Below are positions 27,983 to 38,065 of a stretch of 64,000 nt of DNA, piece after piece. A program made the translations under genes and the position numbers. How positions within the stretch are numbered: position 1 is the stretch's first letter; every line of letters begins with the position of its first letter. A model generated the notes under the pieces. The model had not been told where the DNA came from, made no database searches, and saw nothing but the letters and a program-made list of their open reading frames with translations. Origin of the DNA: an uncultured virus (IMG/VR IMGVR_UViG_3300046804_005083) (taxonomy: Duplodnaviria; Heunggongvirae; Uroviricota; Caudoviricetes); the IMG/VR virus record IMGVR_UViG_3300046804_005083, positions 1-64,000 of that record. The stretch is one strand, 5' to 3'.

Positions 27983-28215
27983 AATCAAAAGTTATTTTTG
28001 AACGAGAAGGATATCGTTTTATTGAAGCAGGTATTCTAGAAATTAATGGGAAACCAGACTATAGAATGCAAAAACAAAATTATTATACAAAACGTTGGAA
28101 CGATATTTATCTTTTTGATAATGGTATGCAGTGTTCTCTAGCAATGGAAGACATTGAATATGCTCGTTGGCTTGATCCAGATAGAGTTCCTTGTTATGTG
28201 AGAGATGATGATTAA
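27979..28215 (+). CDS. Hypothetical protein
   Basis: ATGA coupling to the previous ORF. Confidence 0.65.
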   Translation: MKSKVIFEREGYRFIEAGILEINGKPDYRMQKQNYYTKRWNDIYLFDNGMQCSLAMEDIEYARWLDPDRVPCYVRDDD

Positions 28216-28270
28216 ATAGTTAAATAGTCACGGAGAGACTTAAAAAGTACTGGTCGGGAGCAAACCCCTT

Positions 28271-28504
28271 ATGTCCAAAACAAGTGTCCTAAGATATCTT
28301 GGGAACCTTCTCCTCATTATTGGTTATCAAACTATGTTATGGGGAGATTTTAAATTTGGTTTGATGATAAAATGTATTGGAGGATTACTAACAGTGCCTT
28401 TTGCTATCAAACTCAAACTCTGGGATGTACTATTCCTATGCGCTTTCTTTGGTATTTCCGAGATATCAAAGGTTGTACAACTTTTCTTAGTTAGTATAAA
28501 CTAA
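28271..28504 (+). CDS. Small membrane protein
   Basis: Three hydrophobic segments. Confidence 0.6.
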   Translation: MSKTSVLRYLGNLLLIIGYQTMLWGDFKFGLMIKCIGGLLTVPFAIKLKLWDVLFLCAFFGISEISKVVQLFLVSIN

Positions 28505-28570
28505 GTGGTGGAACCAAATGACCCCCTTTATGAGTTTCCAATTTCTCTAAAAAATTGGTGGCGAGCCTGA
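28482..28570 (+). ncRNA. wcaG-like RNA motif (tandem hairpin-UGGYG units)
   Basis: Two 7-bp hairpins, each preceded by TTT and followed by TGGYG, directly upstream of an NDP-sugar epimerase gene. Confidence 0.55.
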
Positions 28571-28648
28571 GTACAGAAGGTGGGTTGCATAAACCCACCT
28601 TTTTTAGTATGATATATACTACAGACATAATTAAAATACTGAAAAATT

Positions 28649-29695
28649 ATGAGTCAATACGTTAAAACTGCACTTGTACTTGGTGCAGGTGGTTTTATTG
28701 GAAGTCATATGGTAAGAAGGCTTCGTTCTGAGGGATATTGGGTAAGAGGAGTAGATCTTAAGAGACCTGAGTTTTCGGAAACAGAAGCACACGAATTTAT
28801 TCAAGGAGATCTTCGTGATCTAACCTTTGTAGAAAGAGTTCTTCAGTACAAAGGTCCTTATTGCAATTTCTATAACTTTGTTCCTTCAAAACATATTGAT
28901 ACTTTTGATGAGATCTATCAGTTTGCTGCTGATATGGGTGGAGCAGGATTTGTTTTTACTGGTGAGAATGATGCTGATATCATGCACAACTCTGCAACTA
29001 TTAACCTCAACGTCCTTGAAGCACAAAGACAACTGAATGATTTTAGAGGAGTAAATAAGACCAAAATCTTCTATTCTGGATCTGCTTGTATGTATCCAGA
29101 GCACAATCAACTTGACCCAGATAACCCTGATTGTCGTGAAGAATCGGCATATCCAGCAAATCCAGACTCAGAATATGGATGGGAAAAACTCTTCTCTGAA
29201 CGTCTATACTTTGCTTACCACCGTAATTATGGTATCCCTGTTAGGGTTGCTCGTTATCACAATATTTTTGGACCTGAGGGAACCTGGGAAGGTGGAAGAG
29301 AAAAGGCACCAGCAGCCATCTGCCGTAAAGTTGCTTATCTCCCGTCCGAAGGTGGAACTATAGAAGTTTGGGGTGATGGTAAACAGACCCGTTCATTCCT
29401 TTACATTGATGAATGTATTGAAGCAACTCGCAGAATGATGGAATCGGATTTCATTGGACCCGTAAATATTGGTTCTGAGGAAATGGTAACTATCAACCAA
29501 CTTGTTGATACTGCTGCTAAAGTTTCTGGTAAGAAAGTAGAGAAAAATCATATTAATGGTCCTCTTGGAGTTCGTGGTCGTAATTCCAATAATGATTTGA
29601 TTCGTGAAAAACTTGGTTGGGATTATTCCCAATCTCTTGAAGAGGGTATTCGTAAGACATACGAATGGATTAGTGAACAAATTGCAAAAGGTTGA
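28649..29695 (+). CDS. NAD-dependent epimerase/dehydratase (GDP-mannose 3,5-epimerase-like)
   Basis: GAGGFIG, AADMGGAGF, SACMYP, YGWEK, GVRGRNS. Confidence 0.92.
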   Translation: MSQYVKTALVLGAGGFIGSHMVRRLRSEGYWVRGVDLKRPEFSETEAHEFIQGDLRDLTFVERVLQYKGPYCNFYNFVPSKHIDTFDEIYQFAADMGGAGFVFTGENDADIMHNSATINLNVLEAQRQLNDFRGVNKTKIFYSGSACMYPEHNQLDPDNPDCREESAYPANPDSEYGWEKLFSERLYFAYHRNYGIPVRVARYHNIFGPEGTWEGGREKAPAAICRKVAYLPSEGGTIEVWGDGKQTRSFLYIDECIEATRRMMESDFIGPVNIGSEEMVTINQLVDTAAKVSGKKVEKNHINGPLGVRGRNSNNDLIREKLGWDYSQSLEEGIRKTYEWISEQIAKG

Positions 29696-30534
29696 ATATG
29701 GATTTAAGTATTGTTCTAGGTGGCCGTGATGATAATTACGGTGAAAATTTTATTGAGAGATTAAATCAAGCATTAACAGCAAATATAAAAAATCTAGATC
29801 AAACTGATTTAGATTATGAAATTATTGTTGTAGATTTTAATCCATTAGATCAAAAGTATCTGCACAATAATTTAATTCTCAAAGAAGTTCTATCAAATTC
29901 GAGAGTGAGAAATATTGTTATTGATCCTTCTGTATCTGAGGAAGAGGATTTGTCTCCTGGCACTTACTATGAGTATTTTGCTAAAAATGTAGGAGCAAAA
30001 CGATCAACGGGAGAATTTATTTTTACTACAAATTCTGACATTATTCTTTCAAAATCGTTGATTAATGATATTAAACACGAGTTGGGTAATGAGGAAAGAA
30101 ATGATCTTTTCTATCGTTGTAGGTATAGGGGAGAAATAAATCTGGGATTTGATCCTGATGACAATACTCCAGCAGCAGATTTGCATAATCCATCTTTTCC
30201 TGATGCTTGTATTTGTGGATTGTTCTCTGGAGATGCTACAATGTTTACTAGAGAAGTATTCTTCAATGTAGCAACTGGTTATAATGAAGGAGAAAAGAGG
30301 CATAGAACTCATCTCAGTCAATCTGCAATGGATGGTGAAATTCTTTGGAATGTTTATAAGAAAGGCAAAAAACTAAAGTTTTTAGAATCACCTTATTACC
30401 ATATTAATCATGGTAGACCAAATCCAAGAGACAATTTTTACTCTCAGGATACTTACACTAACAAAGAAAATTGGGGATTTGTTGATTACACCGAAGATAA
30501 ACTAAACGAAAACACTATTTTGATTAGATCATGA
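29692..30534 (+). CDS. Putative glycosyltransferase (GT-A fold)
   Basis: GRDDNYG, AKNVGAKR..GEFIFTTNSD. Confidence 0.65.
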   Translation: MNMDLSIVLGGRDDNYGENFIERLNQALTANIKNLDQTDLDYEIIVVDFNPLDQKYLHNNLILKEVLSNSRVRNIVIDPSVSEEEDLSPGTYYEYFAKNVGAKRSTGEFIFTTNSDIILSKSLINDIKHELGNEERNDLFYRCRYRGEINLGFDPDDNTPAADLHNPSFPDACICGLFSGDATMFTREVFFNVATGYNEGEKRHRTHLSQSAMDGEILWNVYKKGKKLKFLESPYYHINHGRPNPRDNFYSQDTYTNKENWGFVDYTEDKLNENTILIRS

Positions 30535-31298
30535 TTTTAGGACTAAAAAAATATCAAGAATATATTCTACACCCAGAATCTAGACTTTTAGGAACATATT
30601 CTACAGAAAGACTAACTTCAGAAAAAGAAGTAAAGTGTCCTTGGGGATCACCTGAAACAAACTCAGCAGATCCTGGGCATAAAAATGGAGGTCTTTTTGA
30701 AAGACATGGATTCAAATATCCAAATGGGGTAATTCACGTTGGAATGTGGAAATTTGAAGAGTCTGAGGACTATGAATATCTTGTTGATAGTAATGTCATT
30801 GGTATTGAAGCACATCCAGATGTATACAAAGATTATAGTAGAGTAACTTCTGATCTTTATGGATTTAAATCATTTAACTTTGCTGCAAGTGATGTTGATG
30901 ATGATTATGCGATTCTTTTTTGCAATCCCTATAGACAAGATACTAGTACAATATGTGCTAGTTATTTGAATGATAATGCTGAGTATGAAATTAAAAAAGT
31001 AAAAACAAAAACTCTTGATACTTTTGTTGAAGAGAACAGTATTGATGTTAAAAAGTTTAATTTCTTAAATGTTGATGCTGAAGGTGCGGAATACAAAGTT
31101 ATTAAAGGATTTTCAAAAAATTTGAAGGATATTGACTATATTGTTTTAGAAACATCTGTGAATGATAGATTTGGAAATAATCAAGATCTGGATGTTATTA
31201 ATCCTTTTTTAGAAAAACATGGTTTTGAAATTAAAGAAATGGATGGCAACTTTCTTTATGAAGGTTGGGGTGATGTATTTTTTGCAAGAGTAAAATGA
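30531..31298 (+). CDS. FkbM-family methyltransferase
   Basis: VIHVG, IGIEA, TLDTF, FLNVDAEGAE, WGDVFF. Confidence 0.85.
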   Translation: MILGLKKYQEYILHPESRLLGTYSTERLTSEKEVKCPWGSPETNSADPGHKNGGLFERHGFKYPNGVIHVGMWKFEESEDYEYLVDSNVIGIEAHPDVYKDYSRVTSDLYGFKSFNFAASDVDDDYAILFCNPYRQDTSTICASYLNDNAEYEIKKVKTKTLDTFVEENSIDVKKFNFLNVDAEGAEYKVIKGFSKNLKDIDYIVLETSVNDRFGNNQDLDVINPFLEKHGFEIKEMDGNFLYEGWGDVFFARVK

Positions 31299-32101
31299 AA
31301 CAGAAATTTAATCTAGTTGGAAATACTTTTACCCACCTTACAGATGGCAATAAAGGATATTCTGTTCACGGGAAAGAATCTAAATTTATTGAATGGGTGA
31401 AAGATGGAAGTGGTAATGCCACTTTTTATATTGACAGTACTCTATCTCAAGCACAGTTTGATGATGTTTCTGGACCAAAATATGGATGGTTATTGGAGTC
31501 TCAATATATTACTCCTCAGATTGTAGATTCTGTAAAAATGTTTCCAGAAAAATATTTGGAATCATTTGATGCAATTTTTACTCACAATCAAGAACTTCTT
31601 AAAATTGATTCTAAGTTTAAGTGGGTTCCTGCCCAAGGATTTTGGATTAAAGAACCTAAAATTTATGAGAAATCAAAAATGATTTCTATGATTGCATCAA
31701 ATAAAAGAATGTGTGATGGGCATAGGATTCGTTTAGAGTGGATAGAAAGATTGTGGGGACAAGTAGATCTTTACGGTAGAGGATTTAATGAAATTGCTCT
31801 AAAAGAAGAAGGTTTATGTGATTATATGTTTTCTGTTGCTATTGAAAATGGACAATATGAGACATATTTCACAGAAAAGATTTTAGACTGTTTTGCTACT
31901 GGAACTATTCCAGTTTATTTGGGTGCTCCTGATATTGGAAACTATTTTAATAAGAAAGGTATTATTGATCTTACTGAAGAATTTGACGTATCCGATGAAA
32001 TTTATTATAGTAAGATGGATGCAATTAAGGACAATTTAGAACGTGCTAAGAAAATGGAAATTTTGGAAGATTTCATTTACGAAAATTATCTGAGAGGTTG
32101 A
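31295..32101 (+). CDS. GT10-like (fucosyltransferase-type) glycosyltransferase
   Basis: YMFSVAIEN...YFTEKILDCFATGTIPVYLG. Confidence 0.8.
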   Translation: MKQKFNLVGNTFTHLTDGNKGYSVHGKESKFIEWVKDGSGNATFYIDSTLSQAQFDDVSGPKYGWLLESQYITPQIVDSVKMFPEKYLESFDAIFTHNQELLKIDSKFKWVPAQGFWIKEPKIYEKSKMISMIASNKRMCDGHRIRLEWIERLWGQVDLYGRGFNEIALKEEGLCDYMFSVAIENGQYETYFTEKILDCFATGTIPVYLGAPDIGNYFNKKGIIDLTEEFDVSDEIYYSKMDAIKDNLERAKKMEILEDFIYENYLRG

Positions 32102-32102
32102 A

Positions 32103-32606
32103 ATGAATAATATTTCAAAAATGTTTAAGAAATATCGAAAAGGATGCTCTTACTTTATTGAAACGGGCACATATAAAGGATATGGAATTGACGCGGCCAA
32201 AGATGTTGGATTTGAAAAATACTATAGTGCAGAATATTTAACTTCTCTTTATAAGGAGTGTTTGGAAAAATTCAAAGATCATGATGATATATTCCTCTAT
32301 AATGGATCTTCTGAAGATTGTTTAGAATCATTTCTTGATGAAGTTGATAAAAGAAGTCTATTTTGGTTAGATGCTCACGACAGCTTTGGTACTGGTGGTG
32401 GAGTTCCTACATTTGAAGAACTTAAAATAATTAAAGAACATCCAATCAAAAATCATACTCTTTTGATTGATGATATTCCTCTTTATTTTGGAGATGGTCA
32501 AGAATTAAAGGAACGAATTCTGGAAATAAATACAAAATACAAATTTAAAACACACGATCCAGATACAAGACCAGATTACATTTTGGTTGCGTATATTGAT
32601 GAATGA
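32103..32606 (+). CDS. Putative SAM-dependent methyltransferase
   Basis: FIETGTYKG, FWLDAH, LLIDD. Confidence 0.7.
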   Translation: MNNISKMFKKYRKGCSYFIETGTYKGYGIDAAKDVGFEKYYSAEYLTSLYKECLEKFKDHDDIFLYNGSSEDCLESFLDEVDKRSLFWLDAHDSFGTGGGVPTFEELKIIKEHPIKNHTLLIDDIPLYFGDGQELKERILEINTKYKFKTHDPDTRPDYILVAYIDE

Positions 32607-32641
32607 TGTTAGTATTACTAATTCGAAAAGAGATTTGAATA

Positions 32642-33553
32642 ATGAAAAAATTTATCGTAACAACAACAATCAATAGTCCAACTATTGCCACTAAAAAATT
32701 CTGCGAATTTAAAGATTGGACTTTAATAGTAGTTGGCGATACTAAAACTCCTCATCGTGAATATGAGGATTTAGATTGCATTTACTTGTCTCCTGATGAA
32801 CAGGAAAATATTAGTAAAGAACTTTCTGATATTATTGGATGGAAAAGTATTCAACGAAGAAACGTTGGGTTCCTCTTTGCATATCAACAAGGCGCAGACA
32901 TTGTTGCAACAGTTGATGATGATAATATTCCTTATGATGATTGGGGGAAAGATGTTTATGTTGGACAAGAGATAGAGTGTGACCTTTATGAGTCGGAGCA
33001 CGGTGTTTTTGATCCTCTTTCTGTAACTTCAAGAAATGAAGTTTGGCATCGTGGATATCCTATTGAATATGTTCCTACTCGTCATAGAGTTGAGTATAAA
33101 GGTAAAACAAAACGAAAGGTTTTAGTTCAAGCAGATTTATGGGACGGTGATCCTGATATTGATGCTATGGCAAGACTTTCAATTAAACCCATTGTCAAGT
33201 ATACTGATGTAACAAAACCATATTGTTCCAATCAAATTGCTCCATTTAATAGTCAGAATACTTTTCTTGCCCGTGAAGTAATTCCTTTTTATTCAGTTCT
33301 TCCGCACATTGGCAGGATGGATGATATCTGGGGTTCTTATATTCTTCAACACTATTTCCCAAATTCAGTCATTTATAATAAAGCATCGGTTTATCAGGAT
33401 AGAAACGTTCAAGATTTAATTACAAATCTTGAAAATGAAATTATTGGTTATAGGAATACTTTGAAACTCGTAAATAATCTGGAAAATTATGAAGACTATC
33501 TTCCAGAAAAAGCAAAATTGTTCTACCAAATTTATAGAAATTGTTTTAACTAA
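32642..33553 (+). CDS. STELLO/RGP-like glycosyltransferase-related protein
   Basis: IVTTTIN, VVGDTKTP, RRNVGFL, VDDDN, DPDIDA, FNSQNT, RMDDIW. Confidence 0.75.
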   Translation: MKKFIVTTTINSPTIATKKFCEFKDWTLIVVGDTKTPHREYEDLDCIYLSPDEQENISKELSDIIGWKSIQRRNVGFLFAYQQGADIVATVDDDNIPYDDWGKDVYVGQEIECDLYESEHGVFDPLSVTSRNEVWHRGYPIEYVPTRHRVEYKGKTKRKVLVQADLWDGDPDIDAMARLSIKPIVKYTDVTKPYCSNQIAPFNSQNTFLAREVIPFYSVLPHIGRMDDIWGSYILQHYFPNSVIYNKASVYQDRNVQDLITNLENEIIGYRNTLKLVNNLENYEDYLPEKAKLFYQIYRNCFN

Positions 33554-33556
33554 AAA

Positions 33557-34390
33557 ATGTCTACTACTACAATTGTTGTCACTTCAAGAAATGATGGATA
33601 TGGCGGGAACCTTGAATTACGTGGTTCCCACGCATTAAATACTATGATCCAGCATTATGATGAAGTCATTTATGTGGATTGGAATTCGCCTAATGATGAT
33701 AGTCTAATTAATCACTTAACATTGGAGGGAAAGGAAAACCTTCGTCACATTCAAGTAAAAAGATCAGATATTGAAAAAATAAATCCAAAATTACTTGAAC
33801 TGCCAATAGTTGAAGTTCTTGGAAGAAATATTGGTATTCGTAGAGCAAAATCTGATTGGATTGTTTCAAGTAACATTGACATTATGCCAGACGAACTTGA
33901 CACTTCCAATCTAGAAGAAAATGTCTTTTATGCAGTGGCACGAAGAAATGTTCCAGTTCCATTTTTTCAATCTGTAGAGAAAGACTTTTTTTCATATTGT
34001 AAGAAAAACGTTAATAAGTTTGAGCAAGCATACATCATAGAAAACGAACAATGGGCAGGGCAATACAATCCCTGGTCCTTGGTCGTTTGTTGTGGTGACT
34101 ATCAATTAGCACATTCAAGTCTTTGGAATAGAATGAAAGGATTTGAAGAGAGAATGATATATAGAGACTGTGCAGACACTAATGTTATGAAGAAAGGAAA
34201 AATCTATGGTGATGATTCTAGAATTTTGGATCTAGATGTTTTTCATTTGGATCATAGTGGGCACGAAATGAAAGTTGGAGGAAAGTCGTTATTTAATAGT
34301 TGGGATGAATATGTTGTAAATTTTGAAAATACTTTTAACGAAGATAGTTGGGGATTGGTTGACTATCCATTCTTTGAGGAGATAATCTAA
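33557..34390 (+). CDS. Putative glycosyltransferase (GT-A fold)
   Basis: SRNDGYGG, RNIGIRRA, SNID; resembles 29692..30534. Confidence 0.65.
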   Translation: MSTTTIVVTSRNDGYGGNLELRGSHALNTMIQHYDEVIYVDWNSPNDDSLINHLTLEGKENLRHIQVKRSDIEKINPKLLELPIVEVLGRNIGIRRAKSDWIVSSNIDIMPDELDTSNLEENVFYAVARRNVPVPFFQSVEKDFFSYCKKNVNKFEQAYIIENEQWAGQYNPWSLVVCCGDYQLAHSSLWNRMKGFEERMIYRDCADTNVMKKGKIYGDDSRILDLDVFHLDHSGHEMKVGGKSLFNSWDEYVVNFENTFNEDSWGLVDYPFFEEII

Positions 34391-35010
34391 TGCTAGAAAA
34401 CTATAATAAAAATAAAGATGGAATAATCTATCAAGTTGATAAGACTCCATTTGACTATACTGGTTCATACAACGAATATTATAAAAAGATTGAGTCTTAT
34501 AGTTGGCATACTTCATATCTTCGTTTGGGTTATATTGTTGGTTCTATTGGAAGAGTTCCAAAAAGTATTTTGGATGTTGGGTATGGTACTGGTGCATTTT
34601 TGAAAGTGTGTGAGGATGAAATTGTAGATAGATATGGGCACGATATATCTGGATGGCAAGTTCCTGATGGATGCTTTTTTGTTGAAAATATTTTAGAATC
34701 TGAATATGATGTAATTACATTTTTTGATTCTTTAGAGCATATGAATGACATTGAGTTTGTCAAAGATTTGAAATGTAATTACGTTTGTATATCAGTGCCT
34801 TGGTGCCATAATTTTAGTGATGAATGGTTTAAAAGTTGGAAGCATAGAAAACCAGATGAGCATCTTTGGCACTTTAATGATCAATCTCTTCAAACATTTA
34901 TGAGTAGGATGGGATACGAAACCATCAATGTATGTAATTTGGAAGATATTACTAGAAAAAATAATCAACCATATCAAAATATCCTTACAGGAATTTTTAA
35001 AAAACTATGA
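34390..35010 (+). CDS. Class I SAM-dependent methyltransferase
   Basis: ILDVGYGTGAF, FFDSLEH, EHLWHF. Confidence 0.85.
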   Translation: MLENYNKNKDGIIYQVDKTPFDYTGSYNEYYKKIESYSWHTSYLRLGYIVGSIGRVPKSILDVGYGTGAFLKVCEDEIVDRYGHDISGWQVPDGCFFVENILESEYDVITFFDSLEHMNDIEFVKDLKCNYVCISVPWCHNFSDEWFKSWKHRKPDEHLWHFNDQSLQTFMSRMGYETINVCNLEDITRKNNQPYQNILTGIFKKL

Positions 35011-35732
35011 CTAAAACTTGTTTAATATATCAACCTTTGGGACTAGGTGATATCATTTGGTTACTCCCAATCGTTGATACTATTATTAAAAGTGGATATA
35101 AAGTTTATTATCCAGTTGGTGATGTTTATTATGATATGGTTTCTGAATATATTGAAAAAGAAAATTTATTTTGGGTAAAGGAATCTGATGATTTTCCATT
35201 AAAAGATTATTATGGATCTTTTAATGTTATTGATAAAGAAGATATTCTTTATTTGCCTTTAAGATTTGCTGATAGATATATTCCAAATTGCTCTGTAATG
35301 ATCTCCAAGTATTACTTTTTATCCATTCCAATTGGTGATTGGAGGAAAAGTTTTGAATTAAAAAGAAATTATGACCGAGAAATGGTATTGATGAAAAAAT
35401 ATAATTTAGATGATGATTATATTTTAGTTAATAAATCGTTCGGAACTGAATATCAGAATAGAGAATTGGTGATTGAATCTGATAAGAAAGTTCATTATAT
35501 GGATATTGAAGAAGATAAGAAAAATGGATTTCACCTATTTGATTGGATTGGTGCTTTAGAAAATGCTGGTGAGATTCACACTGTAGAAACTTCTCTGTGC
35601 TTCTTAATTGACAAGTATTGTTTGAATAATAAGATTCATATGTATGAAAAGAGAAAGGAATCGGAAGAAAATACATATTATAAAAATATAAATTTGCTTT
35701 TTAGAAATCCTAACTGGGTATATGAAAATTGA
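35007..35732 (+). CDS. Putative glycosyltransferase (GT-B-like)
   Basis: QPLGLGDII N-terminal motif; island context. Confidence 0.5.
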   Translation: MTKTCLIYQPLGLGDIIWLLPIVDTIIKSGYKVYYPVGDVYYDMVSEYIEKENLFWVKESDDFPLKDYYGSFNVIDKEDILYLPLRFADRYIPNCSVMISKYYFLSIPIGDWRKSFELKRNYDREMVLMKKYNLDDDYILVNKSFGTEYQNRELVIESDKKVHYMDIEEDKKNGFHLFDWIGALENAGEIHTVETSLCFLIDKYCLNNKIHMYEKRKESEENTYYKNINLLFRNPNWVYEN

Positions 35733-36093
35733 AGTTTCTAATGGAGAGATAGTAGATAAGTTTACTATACTTGAAATTAAAAAAGAAAAGTGCTATGATT
35801 CTAATAAATTATTTAATATTGAAAGAGAATTAAATTACTTGTCAATCATTGTATCATCTTTAAATGTTCCAGTAGATCTCATTGAATCTTTAAGAGATAT
35901 TAATAAAAAACTTTGGGAAATAGAAGATGAGATTAGAACATTTGAAAAGAAATTTATTTTTGATGATGACTTTATATCTCTAGCAAGACTGGTTTACTAT
36001 ACGAATGATAAGAGATTTGAGATTAAAAACAAAATTAATAATCTAACTAATAGTAACTTTAAAGAAGAAAAAATTCTACCAGATTATGAATAA
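35722..36093 (+). CDS. Hypothetical protein typical of glycosylation loci
   Basis: EVSNGEIVDKFTILEIK...LWEIED...ARLVYYTNDKR. Confidence 0.7.
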   Translation: MKIEVSNGEIVDKFTILEIKKEKCYDSNKLFNIERELNYLSIIVSSLNVPVDLIESLRDINKKLWEIEDEIRTFEKKFIFDDDFISLARLVYYTNDKRFEIKNKINNLTNSNFKEEKILPDYE

Positions 36094-36427
36094 TAGAGAA
36101 ACGAGACCTTGGGGTTGGTTTGAAACAATAGAAGAAGCACCAAACTACAAGTTAAAAAAGATTTATGTAAATCCGAATCAACAATTTTCACTTCAATACC
36201 ATAATAATCGTGATGAACATTGGATTATTGTTGAGGGTACTGGAGTTATTACCTTAGGGGAGGAAAAATCTTTTGCAAAAGAAAATGATTCATATTTTAT
36301 AGAAAAAAAATTAACTCACAGAATGAGTTCTGGAAATAATGGTATTTTGTTCTATGAAGTTCAGATGGGAATTTGTGAAGAAGAAGATATTGTTAGAATT
36401 GAAGATGATTATGGGAGAGTAAAATGA
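36086..36427 (+). CDS. Cupin, mannose-6-phosphate isomerase type II C-terminal-like
   Basis: RPWG, SLQYHNNRDEHW, EVQMG, EEDIVRIEDDYGR. Confidence 0.88.
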   Translation: MNNRETRPWGWFETIEEAPNYKLKKIYVNPNQQFSLQYHNNRDEHWIIVEGTGVITLGEEKSFAKENDSYFIEKKLTHRMSSGNNGILFYEVQMGICEEEDIVRIEDDYGRVK

Positions 36428-37266
36428 CTATAGGATATAATCGTTTGGGATCCAATGGAAGACTTGGAAACCAAATGTTTCAGTATGCAGGACTTCGTGG
36501 AATTGCAGCACATAAAAATTATGAGTGGATGATTCCTGAACCTGTAAGTTATGGTGATAGTAACTATGGATTATTTGACTGTTTTGAAATGTCCACAGTT
36601 GCAAAAAAGAATTTTGGATTTGTAAAAGGACAATCAATTCAAACTGGGTGCTTTCATTTCAGTCAAGAATTTTTTGATAACTGCCCAGACAATGTAAATC
36701 TTCATGATTATTTTCAAACCGAAAAATACTTTGAAAATATAACCGACACTATTCGTGAAGACTTTACTTTTAAGAAAGAAATATTGAATCCTTGTTTAGA
36801 AATCATTGGTGAACTGGATAGTCCAATTTTTATTCATATTAGAAGGGGAGATTATGTAAACCAACCCAATAATCATCCAGTTTGTCCATTTTCTTATTAT
36901 GAAAAATCATTAGAACTATTTGATAATAATTCTCCAGTTCTTGTTTTTTCTGATGATCTTGATTGGTGTAGGGAAAATTTTAAAGATGATAGATTTCTAA
37001 TTCCAACAGAAAATCCCATGTATAATCATCTGTCTGATACGAATGATGGTAGAGTTAACTCATTTATTCCATATTATGATCTTTGTATGATGTCAATGTG
37101 TTCTGGAGCAATTATTGCAAATAGCTCCCTAAGTTGGTGGGGTGCTTGGTTAATTGAAAACCCAAATCAACCAATTGTTGCTCCAATTCCTTGGTTTGGA
37201 GAAAACTATGGTCATTTTATAATGAAAGATTTAATTCCTGAGAGGTGGGTAATAAAGAATGTATAA
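36424..37266 (+). CDS. Alpha-1,2-fucosyltransferase (GT11)
   Basis: GRLGNQMFQYA, YFQTEKYF, HIRRGDY, IANSSLSWWGAWL. Confidence 0.9.
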   Translation: MTIGYNRLGSNGRLGNQMFQYAGLRGIAAHKNYEWMIPEPVSYGDSNYGLFDCFEMSTVAKKNFGFVKGQSIQTGCFHFSQEFFDNCPDNVNLHDYFQTEKYFENITDTIREDFTFKKEILNPCLEIIGELDSPIFIHIRRGDYVNQPNNHPVCPFSYYEKSLELFDNNSPVLVFSDDLDWCRENFKDDRFLIPTENPMYNHLSDTNDGRVNSFIPYYDLCMMSMCSGAIIANSSLSWWGAWLIENPNQPIVAPIPWFGENYGHFIMKDLIPERWVIKNV

Positions 37267-38065
37267 TTTAACTTTTCTTATTCCAATTAGAATTGAGACT
37301 GAAGATAGACTAAGAAACGTCATATCTTCAGTTTCTTATTTGCTTAAAAATATTCCAGCAAAGGTACTAGTTAAAGAGGTATCAAATCATCCTACTTTCC
37401 AATTTAGAGCAATTCCAGAAATTAAAAAGCACATAGATACGTCAAATCTTGAATATCTTTATGAAGAATCTCAAGAACCTCTTTTTTGTAAAAGCAAAGT
37501 TTTGAATGATTTGATTGTTACATCATCTACCAAAGTTGTTGCAAACTATGATGCTGACTGTATTCTCCCAATTAGTTCATATCACCAGGCATATAATGCA
37601 ATCAATGATGATCAGGTAGACTTAGTGTATCCTTATGGTTGTGGGATTTATCAATGGAGAGCAGAATATAATTCGGAGATTTATGAAAAGTTTATTAAAT
37701 CTTTAGACATTTCTATTTTAGATCAAAACAAATCTCTTTCTAATTCTACGATTGGGTGGACTCAATTTGTGAATAGAAAAAAATATATTGAGTCTTATAT
37801 GATGAATGAAAACTTTATTTCTTGGGGATGTGAAGATGATGAATTTTATTATCGCATGAGTATGCTTGGAAATCGTATTGGAAGAATTGATAATTATGTT
37901 TATCATTTAGAACATTCAAGAACTCATAACTCTTGGTTTAGTAATCCAAAATTTAATAGTAACTATCATCTTTGGAATCAAATTAAAACATTTGACAGAA
38001 ATAAACTGATAAGATATTATGAAAGTCAGGACTATGTAAAAAATCGCAGAAGTCAAATACAATGA
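37259..38065 (+). CDS. Galactosyltransferase-like (GT7/GT2) glycosyltransferase
   Basis: YDAD, NENFISWGCEDDE, YHLEH. Confidence 0.8.
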   Translation: MYNLTFLIPIRIETEDRLRNVISSVSYLLKNIPAKVLVKEVSNHPTFQFRAIPEIKKHIDTSNLEYLYEESQEPLFCKSKVLNDLIVTSSTKVVANYDADCILPISSYHQAYNAINDDQVDLVYPYGCGIYQWRAEYNSEIYEKFIKSLDISILDQNKSLSNSTIGWTQFVNRKKYIESYMMNENFISWGCEDDEFYYRMSMLGNRIGRIDNYVYHLEHSRTHNSWFSNPKFNSNYHLWNQIKTFDRNKLIRYYESQDYVKNRRSQIQ

